From assembly GCA_965215505.1 (NCBI GenBank), contig OZ244065.1, positions 5,184,001-5,248,000 of the forward strand: 64,000 nt of DNA, read 5' to 3'. The notes under the pieces are model-generated. The model had not been told where the DNA came from. It worked only from the letters and a program-made list of their open reading frames with translations, and did not search any database. How positions within the stretch are numbered: the first letter of the stretch is position 1; each line of letters starts with the position of its first letter. Shown here one piece after another: positions 8,129 to 17,688 of the stretch. The translations under genes were made by a program, and so were the position numbers. The DNA comes from Capsulimonadaceae bacterium (GTDB lineage: Bacteria > Armatimonadota > Armatimonadia > Armatimonadales > Capsulimonadaceae).

Positions 8129-9862
8129 TCACAAATTCAACTGCCCCGCCAGCCAGATCGCCGCCGTGCCGCGCGTCATGTTCGGCTGGGGGAAGCTCGC
8201 CGTCAGCCCCGAGCGGGCGGCCAGAGCCTGCGCGTCCGGGGCCGTCAGGGCCGTGTCCACGTCGAAGGCAAGGTTCCGGCCGTTGCCGTGGAAGACCTGG
8301 GCCACGCCCAGAAGCTGGGTCGCCTCGAAGGCGGGGTGACCGTGGGGGACGTCCGACCACCAGAACAATGGAACGCCTGCCCCCAGCAGCATCTTCTGAT
8401 AGGAGCGCAGAAGGGCGGGGTCAGTCGCGACGGCCTGCGTCGTGACCCCCTGGCCGGAGCAGAACCCCGCCAGGGCACCCGCCGCCTCGCCGACCGCCCA
8501 CTCGGACGGGTGGACGCGGTATGCGCCGTTCGTGATGTGGGTGACGCCGATGTTCTTGCAGGCCGCGATCAGGTTCGTCACCCGGACCGGAAGCAATGCG
8601 CCCAGGGGGATCTGGAACGGCTTGGTCGGCTCCCACAGGCCCGGATCGCCCGTGTCGCCGGCGTGGACATCAATGCCGTAGCTGCCCACGCCGCAGGCGT
8701 CGGGGAACAGGGTCGCGCGCGGTCCCGGATTATACTTGGCGGCGATGTCCGTCTCGCGGACGGTCTTCTGCGCCCGGAGGCGGCGGGACTCGCGGACGTA
8801 GGGCAGGGGGGCGAGGCCGTCCGTCGTCCCGAAGAAGTCGGGGCGCGGCCTGAGTTCCGGGTAGCCCCGGCGAGCGGGGGCGTTGTCGCGCGGGCACTCG
8901 GTCTGGAGCCAGTAGAGGTAGCCCAATGAGGCCAGACGCCCCGCCGCCAATGCCTGCGCGTCCGCGTCGGGCGAGCCGGAGGGGACGACGCCGCCCTCGT
9001 AGTCGTTTGCCCCGGTGTTGATGGTGGCGATGTCGTGCGGGAAGGCCGGGTCGGCGAAGTTGCCCGCCGCGATGACGCGGCGGTAGGTCCACCAGGGGAA
9101 CGCGCCGCCGAAGACCTGCCGAATCGGGCCGTCCTGGATGCCGTAGCGCTGGGCGGCCTTCATCTGCGCGTAGCCCGGCGGCTCGCTGATCGTGTGGTCC
9201 TCCCCGGCGGGCCGCTTTTCTAGAGCGAAGGGGAAGGTGAACGGCTGCACCCACTCCGGGTGGGCCTGCGCGGGCGCGTCTGGCTCGCCGGTGTCCGTCC
9301 GGCTCTCGGCCCCGATGACCCACTCCGCGCCGGACAGCGGCAGCAGGTCGCCCGTGTCGGTGGCGTCCAGGACGAACGGCGCGACGAAGCGCGTCGCCGT
9401 CCCATCCGGGGCCACGGCATTGACGGCGGCGATGGCATCGCCCTCCATCTCGACGCCTACGACGGCCATGCCAAGCGTGACGGAGATGCCTGGGAACTCG
9501 GCCAGCATCTCCCCCAAAATCCGCATCCCGACCAGCGGCTCGACCGAGAAGCCGCCGTTGACCCAGCAGCGGCCCGCGTTGAAGAGCGGCATCGCCGCGC
9601 CCGCCGCCGACAGCCGGTAGGTGCGGCGGTAGAATTCGCGGACGCGCTGCCGGAAGTCCCGGTACGAGGCCGTGCTGCCGACGGTTTCCACATGCTCGTT
9701 CTCGTCGGGCGTGCAGACGCCCTGCCCGGTCATCTGCCCGCCGACCCAGCCGCTCGGCTCGACCAGACAGACGTCGGCCCCGGTCGCGCCCGCCCGCAGG
9801 GCGGCGGCCACGCCGCCCAGGCTCGCGCCGATGATGAGTATGTCGCACTGCATGTCCGTCAT
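8129..9862 (-). CDS. FAD-dependent oxidoreductase (FAD_oxidored family)
   Basis: ILIIGASLGGVAAAL, VGGQMTGQG, DATDTGDL, PYVRESRR, NLIAACKNIGVTHITNGAYRVHP. Confidence 0.85.
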   Translation of the reverse strand: MTDMQCDILIIGASLGGVAAALRAGATGADVCLVEPSGWVGGQMTGQGVCTPDENEHVETVGSTASYRDFRQRVREFYRRTYRLSAAGAAMPLFNAGRCWVNGGFSVEPLVGMRILGEMLAEFPGISVTLGMAVVGVEMEGDAIAAVNAVAPDGTATRFVAPFVLDATDTGDLLPLSGAEWVIGAESRTDTGEPDAPAQAHPEWVQPFTFPFALEKRPAGEDHTISEPPGYAQMKAAQRYGIQDGPIRQVFGGAFPWWTYRRVIAAGNFADPAFPHDIATINTGANDYEGGVVPSGSPDADAQALAAGRLASLGYLYWLQTECPRDNAPARRGYPELRPRPDFFGTTDGLAPLPYVRESRRLRAQKTVRETDIAAKYNPGPRATLFPDACGVGSYGIDVHAGDTGDPGLWEPTKPFQIPLGALLPVRVTNLIAACKNIGVTHITNGAYRVHPSEWAVGEAAGALAGFCSGQGVTTQAVATDPALLRSYQKMLLGAGVPLFWWSDVPHGHPAFEATQLLGVAQVFHGNGRNLAFDVDTALTAPDAQALAARSGLTASFPQPNMTRGTAAIWLAGQLNL

Positions 9863-9947
9863 GGTGTCCCCCTGCTGTCAAGCGAGATGGCCCTGCCGTC
9901 AGCATCTTACCCGAAGCCGGGCTGTCCAGGTGCGTCTGTCCCGCCCC

Positions 9948-9996
9948 TTGACAAACAGCGGGCCGGTTAGGTAAACTAACTAATCTTTATATAAAG
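9948..9996 (+). promoter_or_regulatory. Promoter of LacI regulator with downstream palindrome
   Basis: TTGACA-18 nt-TAAACT (9948-9977), then perfect palindrome CTTTATATAAAG (9985-9996). Confidence 0.55.
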
Positions 9997-10077
9997 TCTT
10001 GCCCTGAGCCGGGCTGTCTCGTTTGACAGCCGTTTGCACCGTCGCACGAAGTCTCACGCCAGAAAGTCCTACCCGCC

Positions 10078-11226
10078 ATGCCGTCACTCAAGCCGGTCAC
10101 ACTCAAAGATGTGGCCGAGCGGGCCAAAGTCTCGCAGTCCGTCGTTTCCACCGTGCTGAACGACCGCCAGAACGGCATCTTCGTCTCCGAAGGCACCCGC
10201 CTGAACGTGCTGGCCGCCGCCGCCCACCTCGGCTACACGGCCAAGCCCCGCACCAACCCGCTCGTCCGCAAGCCGGGGGCCGCGCCGCGCCGGTATGGTC
10301 ACGCCGCCGAGCCGCACCTGGTCGGGGTCCTGCTAGGACGCCGGTTCGGCGGCAGCCTGTTCCGGGACACCTTCTACGGCATCAACGAGACTCTGGCCGC
10401 GCAGGGATACCACCCGCTCGTCCTGGACACCTACGCCGAGACGTACCAGGCCGCCGCTGAGAAGGAGGCGGAGGGCCTGCGCTATGCCCGCGAGAACGGC
10501 TTCGCGGGTGTGGTCCTGTGGCACGAGGGTGGGCACGCCAATGTGGACCTGATCCAGTCCTTGCAGGCCGAGATGCCGGTCGTCGCCATTGACCGCCGCG
10601 TTCCCGAAGTCGCCCTCGACTTCGTGGGCACCGACAACCTGCAAGGGGCCTACGAGGCGACCCACCACCTGATCGCGCAGGGGCATACCCGGATTGCCCA
10701 CCTGACCGGCATGGAGACGACCGAGGCCGCCGCCGACCGGCTGCGCGGCTACCAGCAGGCCCTGCGCGATGCGGGCCTGGAGTTCAACCCGCGTGACCTG
10801 ATCCTGCTGCATGGCGGCGGGCGGCGGCTGGACCCGAGCCAGGTGCGCGCGCTCTTCGCCGAGAGCGACGCCCCCACTGCCGTGTTCCTGCTGGCCGACT
10901 TCTGGGCACCGCCGCTCATCGCCGAGCTGCGCCGCCTGGGCCTGCGCGTGCCCGAAGACGTCGCCTTGGTCGGCTTCGACGACGTCGTCCCCCCTGGCAT
11001 GGACGATCTGGGCCTGACCACGATGGCGCAGGACTTTGACGACATCGGCAAGACGGCCGGGGCGCTGATCCTGCGCCGCCTGGCCGACCCGTCCGCCGCC
11101 TTCGTCTCGGAGGTCTTTCCCGCGCGCCTGATTGTCCGGCACTCCTCGCTGGGCTATGCGCCGCCGGCCCCCGCCCCGATGCCCGCGCCGCGCCCCCTGC
11201 GGATGCTGGCCTCGGTCTCGCCGTAA
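10078..11226 (+). CDS. LacI family transcriptional regulator
   Basis: VTLKDVAERAKVSQSVVSTVLN HTH; periplasmic-binding-like domain with VPEDVALVGFDD. Confidence 0.92.
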   Translation: MPSLKPVTLKDVAERAKVSQSVVSTVLNDRQNGIFVSEGTRLNVLAAAAHLGYTAKPRTNPLVRKPGAAPRRYGHAAEPHLVGVLLGRRFGGSLFRDTFYGINETLAAQGYHPLVLDTYAETYQAAAEKEAEGLRYARENGFAGVVLWHEGGHANVDLIQSLQAEMPVVAIDRRVPEVALDFVGTDNLQGAYEATHHLIAQGHTRIAHLTGMETTEAAADRLRGYQQALRDAGLEFNPRDLILLHGGGRRLDPSQVRALFAESDAPTAVFLLADFWAPPLIAELRRLGLRVPEDVALVGFDDVVPPGMDDLGLTTMAQDFDDIGKTAGALILRRLADPSAAFVSEVFPARLIVRHSSLGYAPPAPAPMPAPRPLRMLASVSP

Positions 11227-11434
11227 TCGGTTTCGACGTGACCGGGGGCCTGGGACCAAAAATCCCACGCCCCAAAACCCGGCGATCTTACCGCCTCTTC
11301 CCCGCCCTTGATCCCCCCGACAATCAGGCTTAACCGGACTCTTCCCGTATTTCTTTCAGCCCGTGTATCTTCCGGGCTGTACGTCTTCCAGGCTGGGTGT
11401 CCTTCGGCCAGTCTGTCTTCCAAGGGGTTAAGCC

Positions 11435-11713
11435 ATGTCCTCCCGCCGTTTCGCCGCCTACTTCTTTGCCATCGCCGCCGGCTCGACTTTCGCGTTCGCG
11501 TCCACGCTGCGGGGCCAGCCCGCCGAGCCGGGGGCTAACCCGGATACGGCCGTGCGCCGCGCCGCCATGGATGCGGACTTGAGAGGGGCGGGGATGACTC
11601 CGACGGACGCCGACGCCGGCACCGATGCCCTGTCGCCGGAGACGGTCCGGCTGCTCCGGCAGAGCTGGCACCGGCGTTACCACAGGGCCGCCCGGACCGC
11701 GCGGGCGAAGTAG
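11435..11713 (+). CDS. Small hypothetical exported protein
   Basis: RBS-like aagggg, hydrophobic N-terminus, high-GC3 codons. Confidence 0.5.
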   Translation: MSSRRFAAYFFAIAAGSTFAFASTLRGQPAEPGANPDTAVRRAAMDADLRGAGMTPTDADAGTDALSPETVRLLRQSWHRRYHRAARTARAK

Positions 11714-11729
11714 CTTGCTGAAACAATCC

Positions 11730-11758
11730 TCGCGTTTCGCTGTCTATGGGGGTATAAT
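11730..11758 (+). promoter_or_regulatory. Putative promoter of accD-accA-hisS operon
   Basis: TCGCGT-17 nt-TATAAT. Confidence 0.5.
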
Positions 11759-11823
11759 GGGAAGTCGCACGGCTTCCCCCAAGATTCCCGCCGGCGAAAA
11801 GCCGCAGAGCGCGAGGATGTTTT

Positions 11824-12780
11824 ATGCCCCCGGACGGATGGTTTCGTCGTAAATCCAAGTTTGCCCCCGCCCCCGCCGCCGAGTCGGCGGCGCAGGTGCC
11901 CGACGGAGTCGCCACCAAGTGCGTCGGCTGCGGCGAGATCCTGTTCACCAAGGACTTCGAGAAGAACCTGAAGGTCTGCACGGTCTGCGGCTTCCACCAC
12001 AAGCTGACTGCCCCGGAGCGCATCGCCTGCACGGCGGACGAAGGTTCCTGGCGCGAGCTGTTCGCCGATCTGCGCTCGACCAACCCCCTCCCCTTTGATG
12101 ACTACGAGGCCAAACTCGCCAAGGCGGTCGCGGCGACCGAGGGCAACGACAGCTTCCGCGTCGGTCTGGCCGAGATCTCCGGCATGCCGGTCGTCCTGGG
12201 CGTTGCCGACTTCCACTTCATGGCCGGCTCCATGGGGTCCGTGCATGGCGAGAAGGTCGCGCGGGCGATGGAAGAGGGCGTGTCCCGCCGCCTCCCCGTG
12301 GTCATCTTCACCGCCACCGGCGGCGGCGCGCGGATGCAGGAGGGGCTGCTGTCCCTGATGCAGATGGCGAAGACGGCCGCCGCCGCCGCCCGGCTCGCCG
12401 AAGCCAAGCTCCCTTACCTCGTCGTCCTCACCGACTCGACCATGGCCGGCGTCCTGGCCTCTTATGCCTCGCTGGGCGACGTCCACCTGGCGGAGCCCGG
12501 CGCGACCATCGGCTTCGCCGGCGCGCGGGTCGTCGCCCAGGCGACCGTCCAGAAGCCCCCCGAGGACTACCAGACGGCGGAATGGCAGCTCGCACACGGG
12601 CACGTCGACGCCGTCGTCGCCCGCCGAGACCTGCCCCAGACGCTCGCCACGCTGCTGACGCTGCTGGCGGGCCGCCCCACCGTCATACCCGCCCATGCCC
12701 CGGCCCCCGCCCGCAACGGGACTAACGGCACGGCGCATACGTCCCTGGTGCTGTCGGGCGTGGAGGACCCCCATGGCTAG
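11824..12780 (+). CDS. accD: Acetyl-CoA carboxylase carboxyltransferase beta subunit
   Basis: C4 zinc finger KCVGC...VCTVC, FMAGSMGSV, GGARMQEG, AEPGATIGFAGARV. Confidence 0.95.
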   Translation: MPPDGWFRRKSKFAPAPAAESAAQVPDGVATKCVGCGEILFTKDFEKNLKVCTVCGFHHKLTAPERIACTADEGSWRELFADLRSTNPLPFDDYEAKLAKAVAATEGNDSFRVGLAEISGMPVVLGVADFHFMAGSMGSVHGEKVARAMEEGVSRRLPVVIFTATGGGARMQEGLLSLMQMAKTAAAAARLAEAKLPYLVVLTDSTMAGVLASYASLGDVHLAEPGATIGFAGARVVAQATVQKPPEDYQTAEWQLAHGHVDAVVARRDLPQTLATLLTLLAGRPTVIPAHAPAPARNGTNGTAHTSLVLSGVEDPHG

Positions 12781-13765
12781 TCCGAACGTCCTCGAATTTG
12801 AAAAGTCCATCGCCGAGCTGGACGAGAACCTGTCCAAGCTCCATCAGGTCGTCGCCGACCGGGCGAACCCGCAGAACACCCCGGACCTGCCCGACCGGAT
12901 CGCCGACCTGGAGGAACACAAGTCGGCCGTCCTGTCCGCGTTCTTCTCCCACCTCTCGCCCTGGGACAAGGTCCTGCTGGCCCGCCACGTCAAGCGCCCG
13001 TACACGCTGGACTACGTCGGCGCGATCTTCGAAGACTGGACCGAGCTGCACGGCGACCGCCTGTTCGGCGATGACGGCGCGATCGTCGCCGGCCTGGCCA
13101 AGCTCGACGGCCTGCCGGTCGCCGTCATCGGCCACCAGAAGGGGCGCGACCTGAAGCAGCGCCAGCACCGAAACTTCGGCTCCGCCCGGCCCGAGGGATT
13201 CCGCAAGGCGGGCCGTGTCATGTCCCTGGCCGCCAAGTTCGGCCTGCCGGTCGTGACCCTGGTGGACACCGCCGCCGCCGCCGCCGACATCGCCGCCGAC
13301 GAGCGCGGCATCTCGGAGGCCATCGCGCGCTCCATGTTTGAAATGGCGACCCTGCCCGTCCCCATCGTCTCGGTCGTCATTGGCGAGGGCGGCAGCGGCG
13401 GCGCTCTGGGCATCGCCGTCGCCGACCGCGTCCTGATGCTGGAACACGCCGTCTACTCGGTCATCCCGCCCGAGGGCTTCGCCGCCATCCTGTGGCGCGA
13501 CCCGGAGCGCAAAGATGAGGCCGCCAAGGTGCTGAACCTCACCGCACAGCGCGCCCTGGAACTCGGCGTCGTGGACAGCATCATCGACGAGCCTCTGGGC
13601 GGCGCGCACCGCAACCACGCCGAGGCCGCCGCCGCCGTCAAGGCCGCCCTCCTGTTCCACCTGATGCCCCTGCTGGATGTCCCGGTCCCGGCCCTGGTCG
13701 CGCGGCGCTACGAGAAGTTCCGCCGCATGGGCCGGTTTGACGAAGGCATGGGTGAGGCGGCCTGA
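12773..13765 (+). CDS. accA: Acetyl-CoA carboxylase carboxyltransferase alpha subunit
   Basis: LEFEK, RPYTLDY, ELHGDR, RNFG, IGEGGSGGALG, EPLGGAHR. Confidence 0.95.
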   Translation: MASPNVLEFEKSIAELDENLSKLHQVVADRANPQNTPDLPDRIADLEEHKSAVLSAFFSHLSPWDKVLLARHVKRPYTLDYVGAIFEDWTELHGDRLFGDDGAIVAGLAKLDGLPVAVIGHQKGRDLKQRQHRNFGSARPEGFRKAGRVMSLAAKFGLPVVTLVDTAAAAADIAADERGISEAIARSMFEMATLPVPIVSVVIGEGGSGGALGIAVADRVLMLEHAVYSVIPPEGFAAILWRDPERKDEAAKVLNLTAQRALELGVVDSIIDEPLGGAHRNHAEAAAAVKAALLFHLMPLLDVPVPALVARRYEKFRRMGRFDEGMGEAA

Positions 13766-13768
13766 GCC

Positions 13769-15070
13769 ATGCCCCTGAAGTATCAGCGTCCCAAGGGGAC
13801 ACACGACTTCGTCCCGGATGCGCCCAAGTGGGTGAACGACAGCGCGCGCTGCTTGTACCTGGAAGACCAGTTCCGCTCCTTGTGCCGCCTCTACGGTTAC
13901 AGCGAGGTCCGTACCCCCGTCTTTGAAGCCACCGATTTGTTCAAGCGGTCGGTCGGTGAAGGCACGGACATCGTTTCCAAGGAGATGTACACGTTCGAGA
14001 CGAAGGGCGGCGACTCGCTCACCCTGCGCCCCGAGAGTACGGCCGCCGTCCTGCGCGCCTATGTCGAGAATTCTTTGTATGCGCGCGGCGGCATCACGAA
14101 GCTCTACTACTGCGCGTCCCACTTTCGCTATGAGCGCTCCCAGGAAGGCCGCTACCGGCAGCATGAGCAGCTTGGCGTCGAGGCACTGGGCGCGGACGAC
14201 CCGGCCCTGGATGCCGAAGTCATCGGGCTTGCCCTGGCTTTCTTCCGCAGTGTCGGCGTCCGCAACCTCACCCTCAAACTCAATTCCGTTGGCTCCATCG
14301 AGTCCCGCGCCGCTTACCTTGTCGCCCTGAAAGCCTACGTCGAGCCGTTCCTGCCCGAGTTCAGCGGCGAAGGACAGGCACGGTTTCAGACGAACCCCCT
14401 GCGGCTCCTGGACACGAAAAACGCCCGCGAACTGGAGATCCTGTCCGCCGCGCCCACCCTTGATGCCTTCCTCGCCGATGATGAGCGGGCACACCACGAG
14501 GCCCTGATCGGCTATTTGGACGACGCCCAGGTTCCCTACGAGCCGGACCCGTTCCTGGTGCGCGGCTTCGACTATTACACCAAGACCGCCTTCGAGATAC
14601 AGTCGCCCGACCTCGGCGCGCAGAACGCGCTCGGGGGTGGGGGACGTTACAACAAGTTGGTCGAGCAGATCGGCGGGCCGCCGACGCCCGGCATCGGCTT
14701 CGGGCTGGGCGTCGAGCGCGCCCTGATCGCCTTGCAGTCGCTGGCCGTCGAGATGCCCTCCGCCCCCGTCCCGACCGCCTTCATCGTCATCCAGGGCGCC
14801 GTCGCCCGGCCCGTCGGGATGAAGCTGCTGGCCGACCTGCGGGCGGCGGGCATCTCCGCCCAGACGGAGTATGGAGGCCGCAGCATGAAGGCCCAGATGA
14901 AGGCCGCCGACCGCGCTCACGCCCGCTACGCCCTGATCTTGGGCGACGACGAGGTCGCGGCGGGCACCATCCAGCTTAAGAGCCTCTACGACGGCTGGCA
15001 GCACCACGTCCCGCTGGCCGAGGCCGTCGAGTGGCTGGAAGGCGGCGGCAGCCGCCGCCCGTCGGCATGA
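13769..15070 (+). CDS. hisS: Histidyl-tRNA synthetase
   Basis: KEMYTF, LRPESTA, FRYER..GRYRQH, LVRGFDYY, GGGRY, GFGLGVER. Confidence 0.97.
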   Translation: MPLKYQRPKGTHDFVPDAPKWVNDSARCLYLEDQFRSLCRLYGYSEVRTPVFEATDLFKRSVGEGTDIVSKEMYTFETKGGDSLTLRPESTAAVLRAYVENSLYARGGITKLYYCASHFRYERSQEGRYRQHEQLGVEALGADDPALDAEVIGLALAFFRSVGVRNLTLKLNSVGSIESRAAYLVALKAYVEPFLPEFSGEGQARFQTNPLRLLDTKNARELEILSAAPTLDAFLADDERAHHEALIGYLDDAQVPYEPDPFLVRGFDYYTKTAFEIQSPDLGAQNALGGGGRYNKLVEQIGGPPTPGIGFGLGVERALIALQSLAVEMPSAPVPTAFIVIQGAVARPVGMKLLADLRAAGISAQTEYGGRSMKAQMKAADRAHARYALILGDDEVAAGTIQLKSLYDGWQHHVPLAEAVEWLEGGGSRRPSA

Positions 15071-15609
15071 CGTTCGCCACGCGCGCCTCCATCCCCACTG
15101 CTTCGGTCCCGGTCCTCGCCCGCACGCTCCACGCCGTCGCCCTGTCCCTCTGGCTCGGCGGGCTGGTCTCCATCGGCGCGCTGGTCGCGCCCACGGCCTT
15201 CCACGTCACCCGGACCGCCCCCGCCTTCGCCGGAAACCTGCCCTTGCAGAACGCCGTCGCCGGCGGGATCGTCGGCGGCAGCCTCCACCTCTTTACTTTC
15301 CTCTGCTACGCCTGCGGCGTTCTTCTGCTGCTGGCGAACGGCCTGCTCCTGTCCCAACCCTCCCGCCGCTGGGCGCTGGCCGGGCTGGTCGTCACCGGCC
15401 TGCTGCTGTGTACGGCCCTCACCCTCGGCCTCTCCCTGACGCCCGCCATGGATGCCGCCCAGGCGCGCGGCGACCTCGCGACCTTTGACCGCCTGCACCA
15501 CCTCTACGAACAAATCTCCTCACTCGTGCAGATGCCCCTGCTTCTCCTGCTCGCACTGTTCGGCGCGCTCCGGGACACCCCGTTGCGGCCGGAGCAGTCT
15601 TGCCCCTGA
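15067..15609 (+). CDS. DUF4149-like membrane protein
   Basis: LWLGG...VAPTAF, four TM segments, FDRLHH; ATGA-coupled to hisS. Confidence 0.7.
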   Translation: MTFATRASIPTASVPVLARTLHAVALSLWLGGLVSIGALVAPTAFHVTRTAPAFAGNLPLQNAVAGGIVGGSLHLFTFLCYACGVLLLLANGLLLSQPSRRWALAGLVVTGLLLCTALTLGLSLTPAMDAAQARGDLATFDRLHHLYEQISSLVQMPLLLLLALFGALRDTPLRPEQSCP

Positions 15610-15613
15610 AAGG

Positions 15614-16042
15614 TCAGGCGAGGCTGCCGTTGCCGCGTGTCAGTCTTCGTCTTTCTTTATCTTCCGCCCCCAGCAATTTCGCGCCGTTCAACCCCAGCAC
15701 CGCCCCGAAGAGGGTGCCAATAACGCCTGCCAGGGCCGTGATGGCGTTCTTCCTCAGCTCCAAGTCTCTGTCGAAGAGCGCGATGTAGCCGCAGGCACCA
15801 GTCACGAGGAGCGCGATCACGATAGTGACACCCAAAACGATCAGCACCAGCCGCTGCCGGAACTTCTCTTTGCTCGTCGCCATCTCCCGCTTGTGGGCGG
15901 CCTCCAGAGGGTCATTGGGAGGTTTGTAGGAAAAGCCGACGTGTTCCAGGATCTGGCCGGGCAGCTCCGCCGGGACCCGGAAGAAGCCAGGCAGCGCGGG
16001 GCTTGCGGGCGAAGAACTCTGGTCGTCATGACTCGCATCCAT
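15614..16042 (-). CDS. Hypothetical two-TM membrane protein
   Basis: RBS aaggag; two hydrophobic segments; directly downstream of the RHH gene. Confidence 0.6.
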   Translation of the reverse strand: MDASHDDQSSSPASPALPGFFRVPAELPGQILEHVGFSYKPPNDPLEAAHKREMATSKEKFRQRLVLIVLGVTIVIALLVTGACGYIALFDRDLELRKNAITALAGVIGTLFGAVLGLNGAKLLGAEDKERRRLTRGNGSLA

Positions 16043-16054
16043 GCGCCGGCTCCT

Positions 16055-16258
16055 TTATGGCAGTATGACTTCCTGCACCGTCTTGGCCTGCTCACCTATG
16101 AGGTTGATCTTCTTGCCGGCCTCGCGCGCGTCGCTCAGATAGGCGTAACTTGCGACCGCGCGGCGGATGATCTCGGACTTCGGTATCTCCTTGGAATTGG
16201 CGAGGTCCGTCAGCACTTTATCGAACTTCGGCCCCAAGTCCATAGTAAAGCGTCGCAT
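16055..16258 (-). CDS. Ribbon-helix-helix (CopG-like) protein
   Basis: MRRFTMDL beta strand, then KFDKVLTDLA...KSEIIRRAV helices; RBS aggagg. Confidence 0.75.
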   Translation of the reverse strand: MRRFTMDLGPKFDKVLTDLANSKEIPKSEIIRRAVASYAYLSDAREAGKKINLIGEQAKTVQEVILP

Positions 16259-16346
16259 CTTTTGTCCTCCTACCGGCATCATTATTGCTGCACTGTACCA
16301 GAGATTCCTGTGATTTGCCCTGGTGCCGCCCGAATCCGCCTGCCCC

Positions 16347-16375
16347 TTGCGTTTTCCCGTCCGCCCGGCTATAAT
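16347..16375 (+). promoter_or_regulatory. sigma70 promoter
   Basis: TTGCGT-17 nt-TATAAT upstream of 16473. Confidence 0.6.
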
Positions 16376-16472
16376 AACCGCGTACCACTCGTGTTACACG
16401 CCGCGCCCTCACCCGGCGCGCGCTCCCTCGGCCTTGTGTTCGGCTCGTCGTGTCTTAGAAGGAGAAACGATC

Positions 16473-17660
16473 ATGTCTCAGGTCTTATCGAAGGTTGCGC
16501 GCGCCGGCCTGGCGGGCGTCGTCGGGCTGGCGGCCGTCGTCGGGGCGGCGCAGCTCGCCGGCCACCACCGGGCCGCGCCCGACGCCCAATCGGCGCAGGA
16601 CGGGACGCTCTTGCAGAACGGCTTCGGCCACCTGCACCTCGCCCCCGCCGTCTCCTATGCCAACCTGACCGTGTACCCGGTCTACGGCGACGCGCCCGCG
16701 CCGGCCCGCCCCGTCCCCGCCGAGTACGTGACTCTGGCCGAGGGCATGGACAAGGGCAGCGTGACCGGGCGTGAGTCGGACCCCGGCTGCGTCGGCGGCG
16801 ACAGCTCCGCGCCCGCCGGGGCGGCGGGCCTGACGGTCCCGGATGACAGCGTCACCAACGCCGACCAGGGCCGGGAACACCGGGACGCGAACCTGCTCCT
16901 GGTGACGAACACCGCCCCCCAACCGACCTATGTGCCCGACGGGCAGGTCGTTCCGGGCGGCGGGCAGGATCGGGGCACGGCCTCGGATACCCTCGTCCCG
17001 GCCCGCAGCGCCCAGGTCGGCGTGGCCGCCTACTGCGTGGAACACCACCGGTCCAGCGGGCCGTCGGCGGACTTCCGCAAGGACGTCGCCATCGCCATCC
17101 CCTCGGTCCGCTACGCCATGCAGGTCGTCGGCGAGCAGCAGCCAGTCTGGGACGCCGTCGGCGTCGCCACCCGCCGCTTCGGGGCGACAACCCCGACGGG
17201 CACCTACGCCGCCCTGATCCGCAACCGCGCCGCCGAGTCGGCCGCCATGCCTTACGCAGACGCTCTGACGGTGCCGATCCAGGCCGCAACGCCCGGCCGC
17301 GTCGTCGGCGTGGTCGCGGTCATCAACGGCCGGATCGTCTGCACCGACCTGTACAAGAACCCGACCCTCTTCAACCAGATGTGGCCCTCCCTGCTCCGCT
17401 CCTACGCCTTGCAGGCCGCCATGCAGCCCGGCAGCCGCAAGCCCGCCGCGGCGGACGCGGCGGCGACGGGCCGCTGGCTCGCCTCCCTGGACAGCGCGCC
17501 CGGCACGCCCGCGCGTGAGGCGGACCTGACCCGCGTGGCCCGCGTCACCCTCCCGACCGGGGCGGGCATCCGGACGGCGGCGATGACCGAAACCGGCGGC
17601 CACCACATGGCCCTGCTGCACGAGGCGTTCTGGACCTCCGATGCCCAGATGACGAACTGA
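16473..17660 (+). CDS. Secreted DUF6569/ARPP-1-like protein
   Basis: Signal anchor; NLTVYPV, YVTLAEG, GGGQDR, AYCVEH, QQPVWD, VGVVAVING, LFNQMWPSLLRSYA. Confidence 0.65.
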   Translation: MSQVLSKVARAGLAGVVGLAAVVGAAQLAGHHRAAPDAQSAQDGTLLQNGFGHLHLAPAVSYANLTVYPVYGDAPAPARPVPAEYVTLAEGMDKGSVTGRESDPGCVGGDSSAPAGAAGLTVPDDSVTNADQGREHRDANLLLVTNTAPQPTYVPDGQVVPGGGQDRGTASDTLVPARSAQVGVAAYCVEHHRSSGPSADFRKDVAIAIPSVRYAMQVVGEQQPVWDAVGVATRRFGATTPTGTYAALIRNRAAESAAMPYADALTVPIQAATPGRVVGVVAVINGRIVCTDLYKNPTLFNQMWPSLLRSYALQAAMQPGSRKPAAADAAATGRWLASLDSAPGTPAREADLTRVARVTLPTGAGIRTAAMTETGGHHMALLHEAFWTSDAQMTN

Positions 17661-17688
17661 GGCCGACGATCTGATTAATGATCTGACC

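Noticed and set aside
12722-15007. 761-aa minus-strand ORF
   Set aside because: Antisense shadow of accA/hisS, expected from high-GC codon bias. The same applies to 16485..17810, 29492..31237 and 41605..43170.
15600-15620. Resemblance to the hisS start (tgcccctgaa)
   Set aside because: Only 10 identical nt and similarity does not continue; likely chance.
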